Shown: positions 43,540 to 53,325, counted from the first letter of the stretch. The stretch is 64,000 nucleotides of DNA from an uncultured Trueperaceae bacterium (GCA_963815215.1 CAWFFU010000008.1:128001-192000); one strand, 5' to 3'. The notes: a model not told the origin generated them from the sequence alone. Numbers and translations: made by a program.

Positions 43540-44349
43540 GTGAACGCAAGAGCCATCGTCGTGACGTCCGGCAAGGGCGGCGTCGGCAAGACGACCACCA
43601 CTGCCAACGTTGGCGCGGCGCTCGCGCGCCAGGGCGAGAAGGTCTGCGTCATCGACACCGATGTGGGCCTGCGCAACCTCGACGTGGTGATGGGGCTCGA
43701 GGGCCGCGTGGTGTTCGACCTGATCGACGTGTTCGAGGGGCGCTGCCGGCTCCGCCAGGCACTGGTGCGCGACAAGCGTGTCGACACCCTCCACCTCCTG
43801 CCCGCATCGCAGACGAGCGACAAGAGCGCGCTCTCGGAGTCGCGCATGCGGGAGACGGTCCGCCTCCTCACCGAGGAGGAGGGCTTCGACCGGGTCATCA
43901 TCGACAGCCCGGCCGGCATCGAGTCCGGCTTCCAGACCGCCGCCAGCGCCGCCGACGGCGCTCTGGTGGTCGTCAACCCGGAGGTGTCGAGCGTGCGCGA
44001 CGCCGACCGCATCATCGGGCTGCTCGAGGCGCGCGAGATCACCGACGTGCGGCTGGTGGTGAACCGGCTGCGTCCGGAGATGGTCAAGCGCGGTGACATG
44101 CTCGAGGTCGACGACGTGCTCGAGATCCTCGGCGTCAAGCTGATCGGCATCGTGCCCGAGGACGAGCGCATCCTGGTCTCCACCAATGTCGGAAGCCCGG
44201 CTGCCCTGGACGAGACGAGTCGGAACGGCGCCGGAGGAGCCTTCCGCGACATCGCCAAGCGCATCCGGGGCGAGGACGTTCCATACGCCCAGCTACAGGC
44301 CCAGGGGGGCCTCTTCACGGGGCTCCGGCGGTTGTTTGGAGGCGGCTGA
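43540..44349 (+). CDS. minD: Septum site-determining protein MinD
   Basis: SGKGGVGKTTT, D.GLRNLD, DSPAGIE, PEVSSVRDADR; C-terminal amphipathic helix. Confidence 0.97.
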   Translation: MNARAIVVTSGKGGVGKTTTTANVGAALARQGEKVCVIDTDVGLRNLDVVMGLEGRVVFDLIDVFEGRCRLRQALVRDKRVDTLHLLPASQTSDKSALSESRMRETVRLLTEEEGFDRVIIDSPAGIESGFQTAASAADGALVVVNPEVSSVRDADRIIGLLEAREITDVRLVVNRLRPEMVKRGDMLEVDDVLEILGVKLIGIVPEDERILVSTNVGSPAALDETSRNGAGGAFRDIAKRIRGEDVPYAQLQAQGGLFTGLRRLFGGG

Positions 44350-44591
44350 TGTTCGGGCTCTTCGGACGCAAGCGCAGCAAGGACCATGTCAAGGAACGCC
44401 TCAAGCTGGTGCTCTCCTATGATCGGGCCAAGCTCTCTCCGGGGCGCATGGAGCAACTCAAGCAGGAGCTGATGGGGGTCATCACCAAGTACTTCCCGGC
44501 CGCCGAGTCGGACTACGACGTGAAGCTGGAGCAGCACGGCGACCGCATGGTGTTCGTCGCCAACCTGCCACTGTCGCAGGCCGACGCCTAG
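44349..44591 (+). CDS. minE: Cell division topological specificity factor MinE
   Basis: SKD..KERLKLVLSYDR...LKQEL..VI.KY...ANLP; coupled to minD. Confidence 0.93.
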   Translation: MFGLFGRKRSKDHVKERLKLVLSYDRAKLSPGRMEQLKQELMGVITKYFPAAESDYDVKLEQHGDRMVFVANLPLSQADA

Positions 44592-44606
44592 CGCCAGCCG
44601 GGGCGC

Positions 44607-45356
44607 TCAGCGCGCAGCCCGGCTCGTCAGTGCGTAGCGCACCCCCGTCGTGACCAGCAGCACCGCGAACACCCACCGCAGCGTGTCGTTGGGCAACGCC
44701 AGCGCCATCCGGCCCCCCAGGTAGGCGCCTCCCGCCACGCCCAGCGCCAGCGCCGGCGCCACGCGCACGTCCACGTGCCCGTGCCGCAGGTGTTGAAGGC
44801 TCCCCGCCAGCGCCGCCGGCACCATCACCGCCAGGCTGGTGCCTTGCGCCAGATGCTGGCCGAACCCGAACAGCAACACCAGGAGCGGCACCATCACCGC
44901 GCCGCCGCCCACCCCCAGCAGGCCCGACACCGCCCCTGCCAGGAGACCCGTCCCGAGCCCCAACGGCAGCGCCCAGCCCGCAACCAGGGTGTGCGCCGGC
45001 ACCAGCGCGTCGAAGGGAAGGCTGAGGCCGGTGACGATCACGAGCACCCCGAACACGCGTCGCAACGCACGCGCGGGCACGCGCGGGCTGAGACCGGCCG
45101 CCAGCGACGATCCGACCACCGAGGCGAGGGCAAGCCCGAGCGCCAAGCGCAGCGCTACCGCACCGCCGAGCGCGTATGGGATCACGCCCACCGATCCGGT
45201 GAGCACCACCGCCACCAGACTGGTGCCGTGGGCCCGGTGCTGCGACAGCCCCAGCCAGGCCCCGAGCAGCGGCACCATCACCACCCCTCCGCCGAGCCCG
45301 CCAACGCCCCCGAAGACCCCGGCAGCCACGCCGATCAGCAGACCCCGCCACGCCAT
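44607..45356 (-). CDS. Sulfite exporter TauE/SafE family protein
   Basis: Duplicated GxGGG..MVP and A.GTSL motifs, about 8 TM. Confidence 0.9.
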   Translation of the reverse strand: MAWRGLLIGVAAGVFGGVGGLGGGVVMVPLLGAWLGLSQHRAHGTSLVAVVLTGSVGVIPYALGGAVALRLALGLALASVVGSSLAAGLSPRVPARALRRVFGVLVIVTGLSLPFDALVPAHTLVAGWALPLGLGTGLLAGAVSGLLGVGGGAVMVPLLVLLFGFGQHLAQGTSLAVMVPAALAGSLQHLRHGHVDVRVAPALALGVAGGAYLGGRMALALPNDTLRWVFAVLLVTTGVRYALTSRAAR

Positions 45357-45404
45357 GCGGGCCATGGTACAGCAGGACCGCGTGGTATCGTCGTGAACGT
45401 AACC

Positions 45405-46277
45405 ATGCCCTCGCGTACGATCCTTCTGGTAGATGCCGATCCCCTGCAGCGTCAGCTCGTCGACATGTTGCTGGCGGAGGACGCCCCGACGGTGGTGAAT
45501 GCCGGCACCGGGCGCGAGGCGCTCGAGTTCCTGAAGGAGCACACCCCCCACCTGGTGATCCTGGCGTTCGAGCTGCCCGACATCGGCGGAGACGTCGTGT
45601 GTGGCAAGATCAAGAGTGTCAGCCGGCTGGCGCGCGTGCCGACGATCCTCACCATCGAGCCGCCGGGGCGCACCGGCATCCCCCACGACGTGCGCGACCG
45701 GGCCCGCGCGGTCGGTGCCGACCTGCTGCTGCAGAAGCCGCTTGGCGACAAGAACCTGCGCGACCGGGTCCGTCAACTGCTGGCACGGTGGGACGCCGCC
45801 GGCACGGGCGTCGGCCGTTCCACCAAGAACACCATCGTCATCGAGGAGGCGCTCGACGCCCTGGGCACGCCGGGCGACGACGCCGCGATGCCGGCCTCGG
45901 ATCCCGTCACGGACGCGGTCTACCGCGAGAACGAGGAGCTGCGGCAGGAGCTGGCCTCGCTCAAGCGCCGTCTGGCGCGGCTCGAGGCTGGCCTGGGGGG
46001 GCACGACGACGCCGGCGAAGCGGAACAGACCATCGTGACCGGCTCCGAGCCGTCGGCGCCTGCGGAGCCCGCTCCCGTGGAGCCCTCCCCGGCCGATCCC
46101 TCCGACGAAGCGCCGGCCGGTCGCGCCGGCGACGAACCGGAGGATTCCACAGAGGCCCTGGAGCATCGCGTGCGCGAGCTCGAGCGCCGCAACAAGGCGC
46201 TACTGGCTGCGTTGGAAGAGGCGGAGGGCCGGAACGACGATCAGCCGCGCGGGCCCTTCAAGCGCCGCCGGCCCTGA
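45405..46277 (+). CDS. Atypical receiver-domain protein with coiled coils
   Basis: ILLVDAD, GREALE, HLVILAFELPD and LLQKP motifs; two coiled-coil segments around an acidic/Pro-rich linker. Confidence 0.82.
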   Translation: MPSRTILLVDADPLQRQLVDMLLAEDAPTVVNAGTGREALEFLKEHTPHLVILAFELPDIGGDVVCGKIKSVSRLARVPTILTIEPPGRTGIPHDVRDRARAVGADLLLQKPLGDKNLRDRVRQLLARWDAAGTGVGRSTKNTIVIEEALDALGTPGDDAAMPASDPVTDAVYRENEELRQELASLKRRLARLEAGLGGHDDAGEAEQTIVTGSEPSAPAEPAPVEPSPADPSDEAPAGRAGDEPEDSTEALEHRVRELERRNKALLAALEEAEGRNDDQPRGPFKRRRP

Positions 46278-46341
46278 GCGCGGTCGTACCCGAGCGCGGT
46301 CGGCCCCCGCTGCGTAGCGTCGGCGCCGACCGCAGGCGACC

Positions 46342-46704
46342 CTAAGGTCGCGCGGGCTTGGCGGTCTCCTCGGCGTCGGGCAGATGCGTGAGCGCCCAAC
46401 CTCGGATCGACTCGATGACGCCCTCGAGCGCCAGGCCGGCGTCCGTGAGATCATAGCTGCAGCGCGGTGGGGTGACCGAGTGAACGCTCTTGACGACCAG
46501 TCCCAGCGTCTCCAACCGGCACAGACGCTGCGTCAACGTGGTGGGGTTGCAGCCACCCACCTCACGACCGAGTTCGTTGAAGCCCTTGGGACCCCCGAGC
46601 AGCGAGTGCACGATGTGCAACACCCACTTCTCCTGCAAGATGTCGATCGCTTCGCCCGCCGGGCAGCTCCGAACATCGTGAGGGTCGTGACAGCGCTCGT
46701 TCAT
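46342..46704 (-). CDS. HxlR family winged-helix regulator
   Basis: CP...AIDIL.EKW, FNEL, TLTQRL..LE..GLV and PP...Y.LT..G motifs. Confidence 0.9.
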   Translation of the reverse strand: MNERCHDPHDVRSCPAGEAIDILQEKWVLHIVHSLLGGPKGFNELGREVGGCNPTTLTQRLCRLETLGLVVKSVHSVTPPRCSYDLTDAGLALEGVIESIRGWALTHLPDAEETAKPARP

Positions 46705-46887
46705 GGCTACGTTCGAATCTAGCACGTCCTCCCCGGCGCCCGACCCTGCCAGCCGACATGCGTCGGAGACGGCAAGAACCCCGTGGCACCGGGGGACGTC
46801 CCTCCCTCTCGGGACCGCTGGGCCGATGCTACACTAGCCTCATCAGGCGACCTCGCGACCTCAGGCGAAGGGCCCGAAGGGAGCACC

Positions 46888-47430
46888 ATGAACATCTACA
46901 AACTCATCGGTCGCAATATCGACATCAGCGACGCCATGCGCCAGTACGCCGAGGACAAGCTGCAGAAGCTGGACCGCTTCTCGGATCAGATCGTGGACGC
47001 CCGCGTGGTGATGTCTTACGACACCAAGGGGACCGGCGCCAGCGGGGCGAACCCGGCCAAGGTCGAGGTGCAGGTCAACCTCGCCAACGGCATCGTGCGC
47101 GCCGAGGAGCGGGGTCAGGACACCTACGCCGCCATCGATCTGGTCGTCGACAAGCTCGAACGCCAGCTCAAGAAGTACAAGGGCCGCTTCATCGCCAAGC
47201 GTAGCGAGGAGAAGCCACAGCCCGAGCCTCCCGAGCCGGTCGAGACCGAGCCCGCGATCGTGCGCGTGAAGCGCCATGTGCTCAGACCGATGGCACCGGA
47301 GGACGCCGCTGTACAGATGGAAGCGTTGGGCCACACCTTCTTCATGTTCCACAACGCCGACACCAACGAGATCAACGTCATCTACCTGCGGAGCGACGGC
47401 AACTACGGCTTGATCGAACCGGCCCACTAG
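46888..47430 (+). CDS. hpf: Ribosome hibernation promoting factor (long HPF)
   Basis: GRNIDISDAMRQY..DKL, YAAIDLVVDKLERQLKKYK, QMEALGHTFFMF and DGNYGLIE motifs. Confidence 0.95.
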   Translation: MNIYKLIGRNIDISDAMRQYAEDKLQKLDRFSDQIVDARVVMSYDTKGTGASGANPAKVEVQVNLANGIVRAEERGQDTYAAIDLVVDKLERQLKKYKGRFIAKRSEEKPQPEPPEPVETEPAIVRVKRHVLRPMAPEDAAVQMEALGHTFFMFHNADTNEINVIYLRSDGNYGLIEPAH

Positions 47431-47460
47431 GCGGGGCCGGAGCCTTCCCGGAAGGGACGC

Positions 47461-48060
47461 TCAGCGGTTGAGCACGGTGCCGCTGGGGACCGCGTAGAGA
47501 GCGCGGAGGGTAGCTACGTCGCGTTGCGAGATGCTGCCCGAGGGCGTCGCGGACAACGCGTCGCCGGCGTACGGGCTTCTACCGATCATGCCGACTGCCT
47601 GACCGAACGCCAGAAGCGCATAGCGGTAGATCTCGGACGGCTCGAAGCGCGGGTCGAGTAGGACCTCGGTTGCGTGGAAGCGGTACTGATTCTGAGCGTC
47701 GACGGTGAATGCGTAGCGGTAGCTCGCCACCTTGTCCACGAGCGGCTTCCAGGTGACCGTGATGGCATCGGGCGTGTCCTGTCCCACCACCACGAAGCTC
47801 AGGATGTCGGGCGCCGCCTGTTGCCACGCCTTGACGGCGCGGATGACGGCGTCGCGCATCGCTTGGGCATTGCCGCCTGGCGCCGGTGGCACGTACACCG
47901 TGATGGGCATGTCCTGGGACAGGTAGTGCAACAATCTCGCCGCGCCACCGGTGCTCGCGGGGTTCGAAGCGATATCCGAGAGATAGGTCCGAGGGCTCTC
48001 CTGGGCCGAAGCCGCAGACAGCACCAGAACCGCGAACAGCAGGGCGAGGACTCGCCGCAT
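47461..48060 (-). CDS. Secreted matrixin/metzincin-like protein lacking zinc ligands
   Basis: Signal peptide; PITVYV, A...W and ISQRDVATLRALY motifs; LAFGQAVGMIGR in place of HExxHxxGxxH. Confidence 0.72.
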   Translation of the reverse strand: MRRVLALLFAVLVLSAASAQESPRTYLSDIASNPASTGGAARLLHYLSQDMPITVYVPPAPGGNAQAMRDAVIRAVKAWQQAAPDILSFVVVGQDTPDAITVTWKPLVDKVASYRYAFTVDAQNQYRFHATEVLLDPRFEPSEIYRYALLAFGQAVGMIGRSPYAGDALSATPSGSISQRDVATLRALYAVPSGTVLNR

Positions 48061-48361
48061 GTCGTCACCTCCTCCGCGGCACGCCGGTGTGCCGCGGGAA
48101 CGCGTCTATCGCAAGCACTCCGAAGGCGGACCCTTCGACGCGCGCTCACCATGCTACAGCGGACGCGCCGGCTCGCGGAAGCGCGACGTCGGTCGTGGCC
48201 TCGGCCCCTTCGACCAGGAAGCGCTAGCCGATGAGCCGCCACGCCGGAACCCACCATAGGAGAAAGCGGGCGGTCGCGGCGAACCGCGACAACACGAGCC
48301 AGCGGAGCGAGAACGGCGCGACGAAGGCCGTCACCTGCATCCACCTGCACCGCGGAGCGTC

Positions 48362-49036
48362 CTAGCCGCGGCTCCGCCTAGCCTCGGCGACTTCGACCGT
48401 CTGTCGCAGCTTGACGACCCTCCCGGCCTCCACCACACCCCGGACCATGCTGCCGTTGTAGATCACGGTCCCCCGACCCACCACCGACCCCGGGGCCAGT
48501 ACCGCGTTGCAGCCGATGAACACGCCATCGCCGATAGCGGCTCCGAACTTGCGAACCCCGATGCCGACGCCGGCGACCTTGACCTCGCCGCCCCCCGCCT
48601 TGAAGTTCGCCAGCTTCACGCCTGCCCCCAGGTTCACGTCGTGACCCACGACGCTGTCTCCGACGTAGTTGAAGTGGGGAGCTCGGGCGCCGCCGAGCAT
48701 CACGGAACGCTTCACTTCGGAGGCGTGCATGACGTGGACGTCCGGACCCAGGACCGCTGGGCCGCGCACATGGGCCGCGTGCCCGATCTGAGCGCCGGGC
48801 GCAAGGTAGACGGGACCCTGGAGGTAGGCGTAGGGCCCGATGCTGGCGCCTTCACCGAGGTACAGCGGCCCCTCGACGATGGCGGTCGGGTGCACGCTTC
48901 CCAGCAGCGCGGTCGGCATGCCGACCGCGAAGGCGTCGAGCCCCTCGAGGACCTGCCATGGCGCGTCCACCTCGAACAGGGAGCGGAAGGCCTCCGGAAC
49001 GCGCGCGAGATCGAACAACTCGGCCGTCGTTGGCAT
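48362..49036 (-). CDS. Stand-alone left-handed beta-helix acyltransferase (GlmU C-terminal-like)
   Basis: Hexapeptide repeats; APHFNYVGDS, NLGAG..LAN and KFGAAIGD motifs. Confidence 0.87.
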   Translation of the reverse strand: MPTTAELFDLARVPEAFRSLFEVDAPWQVLEGLDAFAVGMPTALLGSVHPTAIVEGPLYLGEGASIGPYAYLQGPVYLAPGAQIGHAAHVRGPAVLGPDVHVMHASEVKRSVMLGGARAPHFNYVGDSVVGHDVNLGAGVKLANFKAGGGEVKVAGVGIGVRKFGAAIGDGVFIGCNAVLAPGSVVGRGTVIYNGSMVRGVVEAGRVVKLRQTVEVAEARRSRG

Positions 49037-49091
49037 GCTCCAGTGTAGCCCCCGGCCCCGCAGCCGCCGACGCGATAGAATCGGCGCGGCC

Positions 49092-49961
49092 GTGCTGCAT
49101 CTGATCTACAACCCCGTCGCCGGCCGCGGCCGCGCGGCCGCGGCGCTGCTCCAGACGCGCGCGTTCCTCGACGCCCGCTCGGTAGCCCACCGGACACTGA
49201 CCACGGAAGCGCCGGGACACGCCTCCCAGCTCGCGCTCGGCACCCCCGAAGACGCGACGGTGGTGGCGGTCGGCGGTGACGGCACCGCCCACGAGGTCGC
49301 CAAGGCGTGCATCGCTAGCGGCCGCACGTTGGGTGTCCTACCGGTCGGCTCCGGCGACGACTTCGCCTTCGCCCTGGGGATGCGGCGCGGCGACCTGGCA
49401 GGCGCCCTGGAACGGCTGGTGGCGGGCGAGGCGCGCTTCGTCGATACCGGTCGGGTGAACGGCGAACCCTTCGTCAACGCCGCCGGCGTGGGCTTCGATG
49501 CCGACGTGGCCACACGGGTCGCGGCCGCACCGCGCCGCCTCCGGGGGCTGGCGACCTATCTGTGGGCCGTGATGACCGCCCTGGGAGCCTTGGATGCGGC
49601 AGCGGTGGAGGTGCGGGTCGACGGTGTACAGGTCTACGCCGGCCGTTCGCTGCTCGTATCCACCCAGCTCGGTCCGCGCACCGGTGGGAGCTTCCTGTTC
49701 GCTCCCAACGCCTCGCTCAGCGACGGCTTGTTCGAGGTAGTGGTGGCCGGCGGCCTGGGTCGCCTCGGCACCCTGAGGCTCCTGCCGCGCGTCATGCGGG
49801 GCGCCCATCTCGGCCACCCGGCGGTCCACCTGTTCCGCGGCCGGAGCGTCGAGCTGCATTGGGAGCGCGCTCAGCCCGGTCACGTGGAAGGCGAACCGCT
49901 CGCGGCGGGACGGACGTTCCGGCTCGACCTCGTGCCGGCCTCGCTGCGCGTCCTGGCCTGA
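49092..49961 (+). CDS. Diacylglycerol/lipid kinase family (YegS/DAGK)
   Basis: NPVAGRG, GGDGT, P.GSGDDFA, G.GFDA and DGLFEV motifs. Confidence 0.9.
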   Translation: MLHLIYNPVAGRGRAAAALLQTRAFLDARSVAHRTLTTEAPGHASQLALGTPEDATVVAVGGDGTAHEVAKACIASGRTLGVLPVGSGDDFAFALGMRRGDLAGALERLVAGEARFVDTGRVNGEPFVNAAGVGFDADVATRVAAAPRRLRGLATYLWAVMTALGALDAAAVEVRVDGVQVYAGRSLLVSTQLGPRTGGSFLFAPNASLSDGLFEVVVAGGLGRLGTLRLLPRVMRGAHLGHPAVHLFRGRSVELHWERAQPGHVEGEPLAAGRTFRLDLVPASLRVLA

Positions 49962-50031
49962 CTCGACGGCGGGCCGCGCGCCTGCCGCGCCACGGCGGAG
50001 TTCCTCCCCTACCGCTTCCCTGACAACGAGA

Positions 50032-50059
50032 ACGGGGCCCCGCTTTCGCGGGGCCCCGT
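50032..50059 (-). terminator. Intrinsic terminator of slpA (also faces the kinase gene)
   Basis: 12-bp stem ACGGGGCCCCGC-GAAA-GCGGGGCCCCGT on the minus strand followed by a T-containing tail. Confidence 0.85.
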
Positions 50060-50096
50060 GGTCGGCGTATCTACGCCACTTGCCCTACAACCGTGA

Positions 50097-53084
50097 TCAG
50101 AAGTTGACGGTGTAGGTGATCTTGAAGGCCTGGGCCGACGAATCGACCGGCGTGCTGGCGGTGTTGTGGTTCTGGTACGCACCGTACGAGAACTCGAGGT
50201 CGTAGTAGTTCCAGATGACCTCGTAACCGCTCGTGTTCTGCTCGCTGTTGGTGGCGCCGTTGTACACGTCACCGTTGCTGATGTTCGAGGCGCTGTTCGC
50301 GCACGTCGAGGTGTTGCCAGCAGAGTCGTAGCACGTCGTGCCGTTGACGGCCGTCGCGGTCTCGATGTTCTGACCGCTCCAGGAGCCGTACTTGCCCGTC
50401 AGCGTGCTGTGGTCGAACAGGAACTGGTTCAGGACCAGCCCGACGCTCCACTGCAGCTCGTTGGCGTTCCAACCACCCTGCGAGGTGTGGTCGGTCGTAC
50501 GGTAGTTGACGGCGCCCATCAGGCTCGGCTTGAGCGGCACGGCCAACGGCGTGGTGCTGAGTCCCGCACCAGCCTGGATGGTCGTGGTGCCATCGTTATT
50601 GGTCGTGTAGTTCGACCCGTAGCTGATGCTCTCGTACTCCGCGTACGGCGTCAGCGTGACGATGGAGACGTTGAGGGTGTAGTCGCCCTTGACGTCGATG
50701 GTGGTGATGCCGTACTCGGGGCCGGTCTGCTTGTAAGTGGCCTCGAGGTTGAGACCCTTGATCAGCGCGTTGTCGGCCGAACCGTCGTGCTTCAGCGTGA
50801 CGCCGAAGCCGGAGTCGTAGTTGTTGTTCAGCGAAACGTCACCCATGGCCGGCAGCAGCGCCGCGCCGTTGGCCTGGTAGTTGTCCGCCAGGTCGCCAAC
50901 GCCGGTGCCATCGATGGTCACGGAGTGGAAGAAGCCGCTCAGGCTGAAGCCGGCGAACAGCTTGGCCGTCACGTCGGCGCCGTAGGCCTGGACGCTGTGG
51001 GTCGGGGCAGTCGTGACGTTGAAGTCATAGCTGTCGTAGTAACCCGACACGTCGAGGATGAACAGACCGAGCGAAGCGTTGACGCCGTAGCCGGTCTGGC
51101 CGACGGGGTTGCCTTCGCCGTCGGTCAGCAAGAACGGGTAGTTCCCGTCGTTGTTGTTGTTCGGCGCCATGTTGAACCCGTTGACTTCCCAGTTCTGCGG
51201 GATGTCGCGGTAGTTCACGTCGAGGCTGTTGAGGATCGGGATGTTCTTGCCGTCGACGTTGAGCTTGGCGTAGAGCAGCGTGTTGTTGACGTCGTTAGCC
51301 GGCGTCACCTGGTCGGTCTTGCTGCCCTGGGCCCACTCGAAGCCGAGGTTGAACATGCTGACGCTGGCGTTGGCGTCGACGCCGTACACCGTGTCCGTGA
51401 TGTTGTTGGCGTTGACGTTGTTCTTGTCGTTGGCGTTGACAGCGGTCTGGGCGAAGCTGCCGCCGACCGTGATGCCCTTGAAGGGGTTCAGGGTCAGGTG
51501 CGCGCCGCGCAGGTAGGTGCTGTTCGTCGTACCGGTGTTGCCCACGCTGACAGCGTCAGGCGCGGTGTACGCCACGGTCAGGCCCGGGTTGATGAACTTC
51601 AGGAAGTCGGGCGAGGTGAGCGTGGCCACGAAGCCGGGCTCGTCCGTCGACACGATGTAATCCGTGAAGGTCGTCGTCACGTTGGTGCCGAAGGAGAACG
51701 TCAGCGGGGAAGCCCCGATGCCGTTGAACGTGGTCGTGAAGTCGTCCACGTGGATCACGTAGCCCTCGGTCGCGCTGCCGTCACCCGTGTACGGCGTGCT
51801 GCCGTCCGTGTTCGTGATGGCCAGGCCACCGGTCTTGAGCAGGCTCAGCTTCAGGACTGCGTCGAAGCTGTTGAGCGCGTTCGGGCTGCCCGTACCGTTG
51901 AGCGAGGTGCCGAGGCTGATGTTCAGGTCGAGGGTCGCCGAGACGTCGCCGGCCTGGGCCGTGATGTCCTGGCGGTCCTGCGCTACCTCGCCGACGTCGG
52001 TCTGGTAGCCGCTGTCACCCGAGCTGTCGTCCGTGAGCTCGGCTGCACCGGAGCTGAAGATCGACGCCCCCATGCTGCGCGTCTGGCCGAGGCCGTAGGC
52101 GCGGTCGACGTCGAACGGATGACCCAGCGTGCGGCCGACGAAGTACTTGAGCTCGATCGAGCCGGAGATGCCGAGCGGGTTGCTCTCGAGGGCGGTGACG
52201 CGCTTCTGCAGACTGGCGATGTCCTTGGTCTGCTGCTGGTCACTGCTTTCGAGGGCGGAGACACGGTCGCGGAGCGCGACCTGGTCCCGGCGCAGCAGGA
52301 TGACGAACTCGCGGATGTTCGCGATGTCGCTCGAGTTGCGCTGGATGTCGCCCTGGACGCCAGACAGGTCCACCTGGGGAGCGGCCGGAGCGGCCGCCTG
52401 CGGCTGCGGCAGGTTGTTCACCTTGTCGCTGAGCATCTGGATGACCTTGTTGGCGGCCGCGATGTCGGATGCGTTCTGCTGCGCCTGCGACATGGCCTGT
52501 GCGGCCAGGTCGTGGGCGTCGTTGGCGCGCTTGGCCGCGGCGTCAGCCTGGGCCTGCGCGGTGTCGATGGCAACGCGCTGCGAAGCGATCTGATTCTGCA
52601 GGTCGCGAAGGACCGCAGGATCGGTACCGCTGGGCAGGTTGTTGAGCTTCTGCTCGACGGCGTCGAGGCGAGAAGCGTTGGAGGCGATCGACGACTTGTT
52701 CGCCGTCGCGTCGTCGGAGAGGCTGGCGATCGCGCTCTCGGCCGACGACAGACGGACCCCCTGCGAGGCCACATCCGAAGCGAGGCCCTGCACGGCGTTA
52801 CGCAGCGATTCGATGTCGGACTTCGTCATGGCCAGCGAGCTGTTGACGTTCTGGTTGACAACGTCGAGCAGTCGGCTGATCACGAGCGCAGCCTGGTAAC
52901 GCGTGAAGGCTTCGTTGCCGCGGAAGGTGCCGTCGGGGAAGCCGATGACGATGCCTAGGTTGGCGATGCGGGAAACGGCGTCGGCAGCCCAGTGGTTCGC
53001 CGGGATGTCCGGGAACGACGTGTTCTGCGCAAGAGCGCCGCTCACCAGCGTCGCCGCCAGGAGCGTGAGTACGAGTCTTTTCAT
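50097..53084 (-). CDS. slpA: S-layer/outer-membrane protein SlpA (SLH + coiled coil + beta-barrel)
   Basis: Signal peptide; SLH FPDIPANHWA...GFPDGTFRG...TRYQAA; long heptad stalk; beta-strand-rich C-terminus ending in F. Confidence 0.92.
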   Translation of the reverse strand: MKRLVLTLLAATLVSGALAQNTSFPDIPANHWAADAVSRIANLGIVIGFPDGTFRGNEAFTRYQAALVISRLLDVVNQNVNSSLAMTKSDIESLRNAVQGLASDVASQGVRLSSAESAIASLSDDATANKSSIASNASRLDAVEQKLNNLPSGTDPAVLRDLQNQIASQRVAIDTAQAQADAAAKRANDAHDLAAQAMSQAQQNASDIAAANKVIQMLSDKVNNLPQPQAAAPAAPQVDLSGVQGDIQRNSSDIANIREFVILLRRDQVALRDRVSALESSDQQQTKDIASLQKRVTALESNPLGISGSIELKYFVGRTLGHPFDVDRAYGLGQTRSMGASIFSSGAAELTDDSSGDSGYQTDVGEVAQDRQDITAQAGDVSATLDLNISLGTSLNGTGSPNALNSFDAVLKLSLLKTGGLAITNTDGSTPYTGDGSATEGYVIHVDDFTTTFNGIGASPLTFSFGTNVTTTFTDYIVSTDEPGFVATLTSPDFLKFINPGLTVAYTAPDAVSVGNTGTTNSTYLRGAHLTLNPFKGITVGGSFAQTAVNANDKNNVNANNITDTVYGVDANASVSMFNLGFEWAQGSKTDQVTPANDVNNTLLYAKLNVDGKNIPILNSLDVNYRDIPQNWEVNGFNMAPNNNNDGNYPFLLTDGEGNPVGQTGYGVNASLGLFILDVSGYYDSYDFNVTTAPTHSVQAYGADVTAKLFAGFSLSGFFHSVTIDGTGVGDLADNYQANGAALLPAMGDVSLNNNYDSGFGVTLKHDGSADNALIKGLNLEATYKQTGPEYGITTIDVKGDYTLNVSIVTLTPYAEYESISYGSNYTTNNDGTTTIQAGAGLSTTPLAVPLKPSLMGAVNYRTTDHTSQGGWNANELQWSVGLVLNQFLFDHSTLTGKYGSWSGQNIETATAVNGTTCYDSAGNTSTCANSASNISNGDVYNGATNSEQNTSGYEVIWNYYDLEFSYGAYQNHNTASTPVDSSAQAFKITYTVNF

Positions 53085-53296
53085 GCTTGGGTACCCCTTG
53101 AACTCTGAGAGTCGAATCTTCGTTCACGACGGCTCTCGAGACCTTTCAAACAGGGATGCGGGAGTGTCCTTGTTTCCTCGCCGCTCCTGCCTGGGCGGTG
53201 CTCGGTCTGCCGTCGAGACTCGTCTGACACCGGGACCGGTTCAAGGTAGTGCACCTCCTTCCGGCTGCGGCCCCAGGCCACGGACAAATCCGGCTT

Positions 53297-53325
53297 AGTA
53301 TCCCACAAGGATGAGGGGGTGTCAA
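53297..53325 (-). promoter_or_regulatory. Putative sigma-70 promoter of slpA
   Basis: TTGACA-N17-GATACT with TG extension; implies a leader of about 205 nt. Confidence 0.75.

Noticed and set aside
43540..44591. minDE without minC as an anomaly
   Set aside because: minC is commonly encoded elsewhere in Deinococcota; absence from this window is uninformative
48061..48361. tRNA or ncRNA in the 300-bp intergenic gap
   Set aside because: No cloverleaf with a proper T-arm and acceptor stem, and no recognisable RNA family motif
53230..53285. SRP RNA-like CCGGAAGG motif in the slpA leader
   Set aside because: Lacks the flanking TCAGG...AGCAG helix-8 pairing; better explained as a Shine-Dalgarno sequence
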